Of a stretch of 32,000 bases of DNA, positions 1 to 8,653 are shown piece after piece. The notes under the pieces were generated by a model. It saw only the letters and a program-made list of their open reading frames with translations. It made no database searches and had not been told where the DNA came from. Numbering within the stretch: the first letter of the stretch is position 1; the number at the start of each line of letters is the position of its first letter. A program made the translations under genes and the position numbers. The DNA is from Wolbachia endosymbiont of Onchocerca ochengi (GTDB lineage: Bacteria > Pseudomonadota > Alphaproteobacteria > Rickettsiales > Anaplasmataceae): positions 390,001-422,000 of the forward strand of contig NC_018267.1 of the NCBI RefSeq assembly GCF_000306885.1, read 5' to 3'.

Positions 1-1200
1 GGTACATGGAATATTAATTCTGAAGTAGATGTATTGATGAATCATGTAGATAGTGTTGAAACTATACCACAAGGGTTTACTGTTATTGCATCAGGTGTAA
101 TAAATCAAACAATTGCAATAATTGTCAACGAACAACGTAAGATATATTGTACTCAGTTCCATCCTGAAGTTAAGCCTACGACAAATGGTAGTAAGTTGCT
201 TTCTAATTTCTTGGATATTACGAATTGTAAAAGAGATTGGACGGTGAAATCACTTGTTGAAAAACAGAAGAGGAAAATCAGGAATTTAGTAGGTAATAAG
301 AAAGTAATCGCTGCGGTAAGTGGTGGAGTTGATTCGAGTGTTGCAGCAACTCTCACATATAAAGCTATAGGGAAACAATTGAATTGTATTTTTATTGATA
401 CTGGATTATTACACAGGAGCCAGATTATCACTATGTTGAAAGAAATTCCTGTGAACTATGTTAATAAATCAAGTTTGTTTTTGAATAGATTGAAGGGAAT
501 AATTAATCCAGAGGAAAAGCGAAAAATTATTGGTAGCACTTTTATCGAAGTGTTTGAAGAAAAAGCAAAGGAAATAGGTAATGTAGCCTTTTTGATGCAA
601 GGTACCATCTATTCTGACGTAGTTGAATCAGGACACGCTTCAGGATATGCTAGTACAATTAAATCTCATCATAATGTTGGTGGATTGCCAGAAAAAATGA
701 ATCTAAAGTTGATGGAACCTTTACGCTACCTGTTTAAAGATGAGGTAAGAATGCTTGGAAGAGAAATTGGTCTTTCAGATAAAATATTATTTCAACATCC
801 TTTTCCTGGACCTGGGCTCGCAGTAAGGATTATAGGTGAGGTTAATGAAGAAAAGGTACGAATATTACAAGAAGTGGATGAAATATATATTAATGTAATG
901 AGAAATTATAATTTATATGATCAAATATGGCAGGCTTTTGCTGTACTGTTGCCAATAAGAACTGTAGGTGTCATGGGAGATAGTCGTACGTACGGGTATG
1001 TTTGTGCTTTGAGAGCCGTGACATCTTCTGATGGTATGACAGCTGATGCATTTCCATTTGAAAATAAAAGTCAATATTCATCAATATTTTGGAGTTTTTT
1101 ACAAGATGTCAGCAGCATAATCGTTAACAATGTTTCCGGGGTAAATAGAGTCGTATATGATTTAACTTCTAAACCACCAGCAACTATTGAGTGGGAATAA
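1..1200 (+). CDS. guaA: GMP synthase (glutamine-hydrolysing), 5' end cut by window edge
   Basis: Frame 1 is open from nt 1 ([11 protein letters not shown] precedes the listed Met). Has QFHPEV at the end of the GATase domain, PP-loop [22 protein letters not shown], and C-terminal KPPATIEWE. Confidence 0.95.
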   Translation, partial: GTWNINSEVDVLMNHVDSVETIPQGFTVIASGVINQTIAIIVNEQRKIYCTQFHPEVKPTTNGSKLLSNFLDITNCKRDWTVKSLVEKQKRKIRNLVGNKKVIAAVSGGVDSSVAATLTYKAIGKQLNCIFIDTGLLHRSQIITMLKEIPVNYVNKSSLFLNRLKGIINPEEKRKIIGSTFIEVFEEKAKEIGNVAFLMQGTIYSDVVESGHASGYASTIKSHHNVGGLPEKMNLKLMEPLRYLFKDEVRMLGREIGLSDKILFQHPFPGPGLAVRIIGEVNEEKVRILQEVDEIYINVMRNYNLYDQIWQAFAVLLPIRTVGVMGDSRTYGYVCALRAVTSSDGMTADAFPFENKSQYSSIFWSFLQDVSSIIVNNVSGVNRVVYDLTSKPPATIEWE

Positions 1201-1203
1201 AAT

Positions 1204-1926
1204 CTAAAGTTGTTTTTTCTCTTTTTCATACAGCATACTTTTTTTTATATTGTTTGTAGCTTCTACAAGCAATGCAAATATCAATGAAGAGTATAAGTAT
1301 CCTTTTGGTAATTCTATATTAATCCCTTCAAGGGTTAGGTATACACCAACAAGTAAAATAAATAAGATGGCAATTGTTTTTAGTCTTGTACTAGATTTAA
1401 TTAACTGAACAGTGTAACTCGATAAGAATATCATTACTAATATAGAAAATGTACACGCTATAGCAATTATAGCCGCGTTGTGAGTTAATACTATAGCAGT
1501 TAATAAAGAGTCAACTGAGAAGATTAAGTCTATTAATGTGATTTGTAATATAACTAAAAATGGTTGTGATTTAATATCTATTTTTTTTTCAGATTGCTTG
1601 CATAAAAAAATGTCATTCTGTAACTCTATGACACTTTTAATGATGAGAAATAATCCTCCTGTTATCATAAGTAAATCTTTTACTGAAATGTTTAGCGATG
1701 CAGGATGAAATATAGGTTTTTGCATTGATAATATGTATGATGTAAAAAACAGTGTTATAAGACGCATTAACAGTGCTAGTCCAAGACCTGCAAGGCGTAT
1801 TCTTTCTTTTAGTGTATTTGGTATCTTATCTAGAGATAAAGAAATAAAGATCAAATTATCTATGTTAAGTATAATTTCAAGTAATGTAAGCATTAGTAAA
1901 GTTTGAGCTTCAGCTAACATTTTCAT
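1204..1926 (-). CDS. TerC-family integral membrane protein
   Basis: 240-aa polytopic ORF with duplicated TerC-like motifs (ILNIDNLIFISL and LIDLIFSVDSLL). Convergent with guaA, 3 bp apart. Confidence 0.8.
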   Translation of the reverse strand: MKMLAEAQTLLMLTLLEIILNIDNLIFISLSLDKIPNTLKERIRLAGLGLALLMRLITLFFTSYILSMQKPIFHPASLNISVKDLLMITGGLFLIIKSVIELQNDIFLCKQSEKKIDIKSQPFLVILQITLIDLIFSVDSLLTAIVLTHNAAIIAIACTFSILVMIFLSSYTVQLIKSSTRLKTIAILFILLVGVYLTLEGINIELPKGYLYSSLIFALLVEATNNIKKSMLYEKEKKQL

Positions 1927-2188
1927 TTCAGATTCAGCTATTCTATTCTACAGTAGATATGTAAAAATTAAGTAACTTCTACTTGGACGAAAGTGCAGGT
2001 CAAGTTTCTCTGCACTATACCATTGTGGCCTTAGTTGCTAGTATGTTGTAGTGGACTAACAATTTATTAGTAAATTTGAATTTTCTTTCTATAGCCTAAA
2101 ATCAGATCATTATTAATATGTAAATTCATATCGGTTATTATTTATTATTTTCTTTTCTTAAGAAGTTACTTGAATTATACTGCAAATC

Positions 2189-2713
2189 ATGAATCTTAAG
2201 CAAAAAATTAAGTTTTTTTCTCTATCATTTATAATTTTGTTTTCTTTATGGACTATGTTATCCGGTAATTTTGAGACGTTTTTTGTTCTTTGTGGGGTAT
2301 TTTCTTCTGTGTTCACATTATTTATCTTTAAACGATTGATAAATGCTGAAAGTGCTTTCAGTCAGATCTTAAATGGTGCAAGTAAATTATCGTTTTATAA
2401 GTTACTAGTAAATTATATGCCGTGGTTAACATATCAGATTATTTTATCAAGCATTTATGTAACAAAGAAGGTTTTACAAACTAAACTTAAACTCAAGCCA
2501 ATAATCATTGTAAAGAAATGCGAAGGACATAACAATAAAAGTATTGCATTATTTGCAAATTCAGTCACGATCACTCCTGGTACTTTGACTATCGATGTTG
2601 CAAGAAAACAGCAAATATATCTTTCTACTGTATGTTTGATGGATGAAAGCTTTAAGAGTGGCGTTTATAAAATAGAGAACGAAGTTTTAAGGCTACTACA
2701 TTTAATTAAGTAA
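2189..2713 (+). CDS. mrpE: Mrp/Mnh-type monovalent cation/H+ antiporter subunit E
   Basis: 174 aa. Two N-terminal TM helices followed by a soluble tail containing the SVTITPGTLTID segment typical of MnhE/MrpE. Confidence 0.65.
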   Translation: MNLKQKIKFFSLSFIILFSLWTMLSGNFETFFVLCGVFSSVFTLFIFKRLINAESAFSQILNGASKLSFYKLLVNYMPWLTYQIILSSIYVTKKVLQTKLKLKPIIIVKKCEGHNNKSIALFANSVTITPGTLTIDVARKQQIYLSTVCLMDESFKSGVYKIENEVLRLLHLIK

Positions 2714-2726
2714 TTGCTTTAAATAA

Positions 2727-3061
2727 ATTAGTAGCATTATCATATTCTCTTACTGGGCTTTCAAACATTTCTTTTGGAAGGCTATTACCAACAATAAAGG
2801 GTAATGATTATATAAATTTTCTAATCTTAATATGTTATTTTTTTCTCATTGTTGAATTTTTATGGAAAAATATTTTCCATAATTTCAATAGTAATAGCTT
2901 TATCTAAGAAAACATTTTTACTTGTTATATTTACTCTTATCAAGATAGTATTCTTTATTTGTATAAAGGTTAGACAATCGAGCTATTCATGTATAAGGTT
3001 GCTGCTTTTGACAAGCAGTTATCAGCATATTTACAATTTTTTATTATTTTCCACTGAGTAA
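2727..3061 (+). pseudogene. possible frameshifted relic of antiporter subunit F (mrpF)
   Basis: Three short hydrophobic reading segments in different frames (IISSIIIFSYWAFKHFFWKAI / PTIKGNDYINFLILICYFF / SLLNFYGKIFSIISIVIALS...FFICIKVRQ). Together they make about 86 aa, the size and topology of MrpF, at the expected position after mrpE. Similarity is weak. Confidence 0.3.
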
Positions 3062-3079
3062 CCTGAAGTTTACTTATTT

Positions 3080-3304
3080 TTATGTTATGCGATAATTTAC
3101 TCATTCGGTTTTCTCTATTTGTATTTGGCCTAGTAATTAGATTATACTAGTACTTTTTTAAATAAATGATAATGTGATTACAAATGCTACCTAGCTGTGT
3201 TGTTGGTATATTTATATACAAATGGTTTAATATTAATTAGCATTATAGCTAATTTTAGTTATGTATATGATGCTTTATACTGTTCAGCAAAGCATAAAAC
3301 ATAA
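3080..3304 (+). pseudogene. possible nonsense-riddled relic of antiporter subunit G (mrpG)
   Basis: A single frame reads FGFLYLYLA**LDYTSTFLNK**CDYKCYLAVLL...SYVYDALYCSAKHK*. This aligns by eye, with spacing kept, to the MrpG core GFLSLLGSIGIIRFPDVYGRLHAATKSATLG ... APVAGMMMGRSAYR. There are four in-frame stops. Confidence 0.3.
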
Positions 3305-3439
3305 AGTGAGAAGTTTTTCCATCTATAACAGAGAAAATTTGTTAATATAATGTTGTTCTATTCTTTATAAAATAGGTTTTCTATCGTTAGCTATTTTATT
3401 AATATTGACTTTCACATAAGTTCTAAATTAATTATATCA

Positions 3440-4006
3440 GTGGAAAAGATAAAACTCGGAGTACTGATTTCAGGTAGGGGATCAAATATGCAGGCCCTAA
3501 TAAAGGCAGGCCAAGATTGCAGTTTTCCTGCAGAAGTTGTATGTGTTATTACAAATAACAATAAGGCAGCTGGCTTGAAAATAGCAAAGCAAGCAGGTAT
3601 CTCAGCATTTATTGTTGAGAATAACCCACTTGATGCTGATAGAATTCACGAAATACTTGTTCAACATAAAGTTCATTTAATTTGCCTCGCAGGGTTTATG
3701 AGGATTTTAAAAGCTGACTTTCTGACTAAATGGCATAATAAAGTTATAAATATTCATCCTTCTTTACTTCCATCTTTTAAGGGTTTAAGTGCTCAAGAGC
3801 AAGCTTTAAAGGCAGGTGTCAAAATTACAGGTTGTACCGTGCATTACGTTACTCCTGAGGTTGATGCTGGAAGCATAATCGCTCAAACTGCTGTGCCAGT
3901 GTTACCAAATGATAATATTCAAAGCCTTTCAGAACGCATTCTTGCTGAAGAGCATAAGTGTTACGTGGAAGCAATAAGGTTGATAGCAGAAAATATTAAT
4001 CATTAA
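3440..4006 (+). CDS. purN: phosphoribosylglycinamide formyltransferase
   Basis: GTG start. Has N-terminal LISGRGSNMQAL, NIHPSLLPSFKG, and VTPEVDAGSIIAQ. Confidence 0.9.
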   Translation: MEKIKLGVLISGRGSNMQALIKAGQDCSFPAEVVCVITNNNKAAGLKIAKQAGISAFIVENNPLDADRIHEILVQHKVHLICLAGFMRILKADFLTKWHNKVINIHPSLLPSFKGLSAQEQALKAGVKITGCTVHYVTPEVDAGSIIAQTAVPVLPNDNIQSLSERILAEEHKCYVEAIRLIAENINH

Positions 4007-4008
4007 CC

Positions 4009-5322
4009 TTAGGTACTTCTTCCAACTTTAACAAAAAACAAATTTTCAGGATCCAGTAAAGAGTTTGCTAATTTGTTTACTTCTTCTAATTTAACGTTAT
4101 TAATGATGTTTGCATAATTATTTATGCGATTAATATCATGATCATTTATTTGTGTGTCATTAAGCAACATTGCTATGTTTGTATTATTGAATAGGAAAAA
4201 GGTAAGATTATTTATTAATCTGATTTTTACATCCTTGAACAATTGCTTATCAATTCCTTCCTTTTTTATCCTGCTCAATATATCTTTCACTGCTGATATA
4301 GCTTTGCTAGCAGTGGAGCTATCAGTGCTTATAAATCCAATTATAGCGTTTCCATGTTTATTGGAAATAATACTCATATTAGCACTGTAAGTAATACCCA
4401 AATTTTGCCTTAACTCTTTCATCATTATTGAATTTAGCTCCATGCCGCCAAGAGCATTAATTAAGACAATAGCGTTATAATAATTGGGGTCTTCATAAGT
4501 TATACCTTTCTGAGCAAAAAGTATTATACTTTGTGGTATATCCATAAAAATGCTCTCGCTTTCTGCAGGGCCGAAATCATTTTTTACAGGTATTTTTTTA
4601 ATTATCGATCTTTTAGGTGGTAGCTTGAATAAATATTTATCCAGTAGTGCACTAATTTCTTCTTTTGTTGCACAACCAGCAACACTGATAACTATGTTAT
4701 CTTTAGTAAAATTACGCTTTATGTATGTTAGAATATCTTCTTTAGTAATGCTCATTATAGTGTTAAAAGTTCCATATTCACTTTTTGAATAAGGGTGCTT
4801 TTTAAACAAAAGCATGTCTAATTTCTTGGTAGCAACAAAGTGAGGTTTTTTTTCAAGATTATTAAAATTAACTTTAGCTTTTTCAAAAATTCTATTTAAC
4901 CCTTCAGGGTCAATTTTAGGACGCATTATAGCGTCGCTTAGTAGCGAAATTGTGTCTTCTAAGTTGCTAGATAAAGTGTTTAATGAAACTTTAAATGCTT
5001 CTAGGCTGGTGCTGAAGCTTAGATTTATTCCTTTATCTTCAAGCTTTTTTGCAAAACCTTTGGAATCATTTTTTCCTGCTCCTTCTTGAATTACAAGAGA
5101 AGTAAGCCAAGTGAGTCCCTGTTTTTCTTTGTTCTCATACGCATAACCTGCATTCTTGAACGATATATTCAGTGAAACCTTCGGTATATCACAATTTTTA
5201 ACAAATAAAAACTTAAATCCTTTACGGGTAGTGACCTCTTCTATATTTATTAGGTTACTACTTGCTTGTAAGTTAAAGCCTAGACAGAAAAAAAGTAGAA
5301 ATACAAGTTTACTTATTTTCAT
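4009..5322 (-). CDS. M16-family peptidase-like protein, non-catalytic partner, secreted
   Basis: 437 aa with an N-terminal signal-like helix (MKISKLVFLLFFCLGFNLQASS). M16 fold layout, but the HxxEH position reads GLTWLTSLVIQEG, so no zinc ligands. Its start overlaps the upstream M16 gene by 14 nt. Confidence 0.8.
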   Translation of the reverse strand: MKISKLVFLLFFCLGFNLQASSNLINIEEVTTRKGFKFLFVKNCDIPKVSLNISFKNAGYAYENKEKQGLTWLTSLVIQEGAGKNDSKGFAKKLEDKGINLSFSTSLEAFKVSLNTLSSNLEDTISLLSDAIMRPKIDPEGLNRIFEKAKVNFNNLEKKPHFVATKKLDMLLFKKHPYSKSEYGTFNTIMSITKEDILTYIKRNFTKDNIVISVAGCATKEEISALLDKYLFKLPPKRSIIKKIPVKNDFGPAESESIFMDIPQSIILFAQKGITYEDPNYYNAIVLINALGGMELNSIMMKELRQNLGITYSANMSIISNKHGNAIIGFISTDSSTASKAISAVKDILSRIKKEGIDKQLFKDVKIRLINNLTFFLFNNTNIAMLLNDTQINDHDINRINNYANIINNVKLEEVNKLANSLLDPENLFFVKVGRST

Positions 5323-6649
5323 TATAACCTCCTTTTGGTAGCAAACGACCGATTAACTTATCAGTAGAAAAGATAGTACGGATTTTACTATTTACAGTAT
5401 CTAAATCAATGTTGTTAATCTTGCTGTATGAAATGTCTATTTCATTAAGTGGAATACCAAGTGCTAAATATGGTATATAAAATATTGCTGTATTAGTTAA
5501 GTCAGATAGCTTATCAAATTGTGCTGATTTATATTTTGACTTTGCACTTTTCAACTCTCTACTTGTTATTCCTTCAGAGATAAAATTGTTGATGGCATTA
5601 TCTAGCTCTCTTTCAATAACGTCCAACTTTATTCCGCTTTTTGGAATTATTTCGATATCAATATAGCCATCACTGAAAGCTAAACCATTATAGTGGGCAT
5701 TTGTTGAAACTGCGATACCTTTATCTAAAACTAAATTTTCATATAGCTTACTAGACTTGCCACCTCCTAAAATATCAACTGCTAAATCAACAACAAAGAT
5801 TTCATCTATGCGCTTAAATAAAGGAACACGGTAGCGAAAGTATAAAACAGGTTCTTTTACTTCAGTACTTTCTAAAGTTACCAACAGATCTGCATTATGT
5901 GTTGGATCTTGATTTGGGTAATATCTAATTACAGGCTTAGCTTCAATTCTCCCATATTTCTCTTCTGCTAATCTTACTACTTCATCGAACTCTACATCTC
6001 CAACAATCATTAGTATTGCATTGTTTGGGTGATAATAGTTGTTATGAAACCTTATTATATCATCTTGATTGTAAGTTTTGATATCACTCTCCCATCCAAT
6101 AACGGATCTTCCGTAGCCAGTACGGTAAAATGCATTGTTCATTTCTTCCCACAATAAATTGTTAGGATGATTATCGAATCTCATCTTTCTTTCTTCTAAT
6201 ACAATGTTTTTTTCTATATCTATTTTATCTTGAGTAATGTTAAAGTTGCTCATTCTGTCTGCTTCAACTTCCATTACTAATGGTAAGTCTTTTTTGAGAG
6301 CTAGTTCGTAGTAACAGGTATATTCCCTAGTGGTAAACGCATTAAATTGCGCTCCAATGCTACTCATGGTTGATTCTATATCTTTAAATTTTCCCGTAGT
6401 TTTAAACATTAAATGTTCAAAATAGTGAGCCAATCCTGCTTTGCCAATTGGATCATCCATTCCTCCAACTTTATATATTACTGCGTGTAAAACAGCTGGA
6501 ATTCGATGATTAGGTACGACATAGATATCCAGTTTATTGCTAAGTTTAGCATATTTTATGTTGTATTCTGCACTTATGGCTTTCAAGGGAATTGAGTAGA
6601 TAAAAAAAAGCATGGATAATATAAAGAAACTAAAAAACTTGTAAAGCAT
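5309..6649 (-). CDS. M16-family (pitrilysin/MPP-like) zinc peptidase, secreted
   Basis: 446 aa with a signal-like N-terminus and the inverted zinc motif HYFEHLMF (HxxEH) in GLAHYFEHLMFKTTG. Confidence 0.9.
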   Translation of the reverse strand: MLYKFFSFFILSMLFFIYSIPLKAISAEYNIKYAKLSNKLDIYVVPNHRIPAVLHAVIYKVGGMDDPIGKAGLAHYFEHLMFKTTGKFKDIESTMSSIGAQFNAFTTREYTCYYELALKKDLPLVMEVEADRMSNFNITQDKIDIEKNIVLEERKMRFDNHPNNLLWEEMNNAFYRTGYGRSVIGWESDIKTYNQDDIIRFHNNYYHPNNAILMIVGDVEFDEVVRLAEEKYGRIEAKPVIRYYPNQDPTHNADLLVTLESTEVKEPVLYFRYRVPLFKRIDEIFVVDLAVDILGGGKSSKLYENLVLDKGIAVSTNAHYNGLAFSDGYIDIEIIPKSGIKLDVIERELDNAINNFISEGITSRELKSAKSKYKSAQFDKLSDLTNTAIFYIPYLALGIPLNEIDISYSKINNIDLDTVNSKIRTIFSTDKLIGRLLPKGGYNENK

Positions 6650-6701
6650 TGCTCTAACCTAATATAATTTAACTTTTAAGACTATGACCTTATTCCTCGC
6701 T

Positions 6702-7166
6702 CTATTTTGAAATGAATCTGTTGTGTATGTACCACTTATATAACAATATAAATGTTCCACAGGCTATATATATATCTGCTAAATTAAAGGCTGGCCAGTA
6801 CCAATTGCCAATATGAAAATATATAAAATCGTATACAGCTCCCCAGTAGATTCTGTCAGCTACATTTCCAATTGCCCCACCGACCATAAGGGAGAAACTA
6901 AAATAAGTTAGTTTATCATTAGATTTGTGTATTAAATATATGAGTATGCTAATTATTAGTATTGAAGATATTGAAAAAAAAAAGTCACTATAAGGTAAAG
7001 TGCTGAACATTCCAAAACTAATTCCTGTATTCCATACTTTAACTAATTTTATGAAGCTAGAAACTTCGATTGACTTTCCTTCATCAATTAATGAATTTAT
7101 GTATAATTTGCTCATCTGATCAGATGATGCCATAATTAGTATGGCAATTAAACATAATTTTTTCAT
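6702..7166 (-). CDS. lspA: lipoprotein signal peptidase (signal peptidase II)
   Basis: 154 aa with 4 TM helices. Has WNTGISFGM, GGAIGNVADRI, and FNLADIYI. ATGA overlap with the ribF stop. Confidence 0.9.
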   Translation of the reverse strand: MKKLCLIAILIMASSDQMSKLYINSLIDEGKSIEVSSFIKLVKVWNTGISFGMFSTLPYSDFFFSISSILIISILIYLIHKSNDKLTYFSFSLMVGGAIGNVADRIYWGAVYDFIYFHIGNWYWPAFNLADIYIACGTFILLYKWYIHNRFISK

Positions 7167-8083
7167 AAGTTTGCCATTAATTGATAAGCTTTAAGTATAT
7201 CGTGATTTATTTGTTTTGTTAATTCATCAATACTATGAAATCTTTTTTCTGATCTGATAAATTTAAAAAGTTGTATATTAACGTTACAACCATATACATC
7301 TCTATTAAAATCGAATATATGCATTTCTACTATAGGCTTTTTCAAGTCCTTGAACGTAGGTCTCATACCAATATTAACTACTCCATATAGCCAATTTGGA
7401 TTGATATCAGAAAATGCTGCTTTAGCACAATATGTACCAAACTTGGGTTTTATCATGCAATCTTCTATCGTAATGTTTATAGTTGGGAATCCTATTTTCC
7501 TACCTCTACATGCACCTTTTGTTACAATACCAGAAACTTGGTAAGGCCTACCAAGTAACTTATTAGCAGTTTCTATTTCACCTTTTTGTATGTGTTCTCT
7601 GATTAGAGAAGAGGAACAAACTTTTTCATTAATCATCAATGGTTCCAATTTAGCTAAAGAGTATCCATATATTTCAGAACGTTTTTTTTAAATTAATGTG
7701 TTACCCAATCGTTTATAACCGAAAGTGCAACTTTCTCCAACAATTATGTATTCTGCGCCATATCTATTTATTAAAATCTTGCTAATGAAATCATTAAAGC
7801 TTACTTGAGCAAAACCTTCATTAAAATTAATACTATATAAGTAATCTATGCCGTAGTTGCTGATTAGCTCTTTTTTCTGTTTTTGGCTTATTAAGCTGAA
7901 ATTATTTCTGTTAAATAAAATAGTTGATGGGTGAGGCTCAAAAGTTAGAATTACAGAGGATAATTTTCTTTCCTGAGCTATTTTCTTTAAAGAAGAAATT
8001 GCAAATTCATATCCTAAATGCACGCCATCAAAATTTCCGAAAGTTTAATGCTACGCTACTTTTTATCCCTTGTTTGCAGTCAT
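7163..8083 (-). pseudogene. ribF: bifunctional riboflavin kinase / FMN adenylyltransferase, interrupted by four in-frame stop codons
   Basis: One continuous 307-codon frame from ATG 8083 reads MTANKG*KVA*H*TFGNFDGVHLGY...GYKRLGNTLI*KKRSEIYGYSLAKLEPLMINEK...LLGRPYQVSG...IGFPTINI. Stops lie at 8063-8065, 8051-8053, 8045-8047 and 7688-7690. There is no frameshift. Confidence 0.85.
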
Positions 8084-8163
8084 AAACAACTTTTATATAA
8101 CTTGATATTTTATAAATATTTCTATATATAATAGGTATATTTTATAAACTACCGAGGTAAATC

Positions 8164-8535
8164 GTGAAAAATACTAAAGAAAAGGTTGTAATATACGTAA
8201 GGCAGTATTGTCCATTCTGCAAAGAAGCAAAAGAGCTGCTAGACAAAAAAGGGGTGGAGTATAAAGAAATCGATGTGATTGAAAACTCAGATTTGTTTGA
8301 TGATATAAAATTGAAATATAATGTTAGAACAGTTCCACAAATCTTTGTTAATGATGATAATGGCAATTATATGTACCATATTGCTGGTTGTGATAAATTG
8401 ATAAATCTTGACAGAGAAGGAAAGTTGGATTATATATTAAACAATAATAAGGATTATATTGGTGTTACTGCCTATACAGATAGCAATTGTGAATGTGAAG
8501 AATATATTATACCACCAGATGATAATTTTATGTAG
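8164..8535 (+). CDS. grxC: glutaredoxin with C-terminal extension
   Basis: GTG start 7 nt after GAGG (8154-8157). Has VVIYVRQYCPFCKEAKELL (CPFC active site), RTVPQIFV, and IAGCDKLINLDREGKL, plus about 30 extra C-terminal residues. Confidence 0.85.
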   Translation: MKNTKEKVVIYVRQYCPFCKEAKELLDKKGVEYKEIDVIENSDLFDDIKLKYNVRTVPQIFVNDDNGNYMYHIAGCDKLINLDREGKLDYILNNNKDYIGVTAYTDSNCECEEYIIPPDDNFM

Positions 8536-8653
8536 TTTCTTATCTCGTTTTCATTGTTTTTCAATTTATAAGTGAAAAATTAGTATACTTGCTTAAGTAA
8601 TTTTTAATCCATTAAAAATACAATTCACTTGGTAAGTTTTTTAGTGGGTAGAA

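Noticed and set aside
153-431. 92-aa ORF antisense inside guaA
   Set aside because: It is fully embedded opposite a strongly supported gene, with a low-complexity Leu/Phe-rich translation typical of antisense frames in AT-rich DNA.
1927-2100. yybP-ykoY (Mn2+) riboswitch in front of the TerC-family gene
   Set aside because: I could not find the conserved GGGGAGUAG and paired-loop core on the minus strand. Only a generic hairpin is present.
2849-3061. 70-aa TTG-started ORF as an independent small membrane protein
   Set aside because: It is more parsimoniously the C-terminal fragment of a frameshifted mrpF-like gene. It has no ribosome-binding site, and the reading frame is open upstream only to a stop at 2828-2830.
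4154-5341. Three + strand ORFs (4154-4390, 4550-4792, 5156-5341) opposite the M16 peptidase genes
   Set aside because: These are shadow ORFs of the minus-strand M16 genes, with no motifs and a hydrophobic, low-complexity composition.
7350-7544. 64-aa + strand ORF inside the ribF kinase module
   Set aside because: It is antisense to a region with clear riboflavin-kinase homology.
7163-8083. Stop-codon reassignment or programmed readthrough as an explanation for the in-frame stops in ribF
   Set aside because: TAA and TAG terminate all the well-supported genes in the window at positions matching family lengths. The other relics carry frameshifts as well, so ordinary pseudogenisation explains the data.
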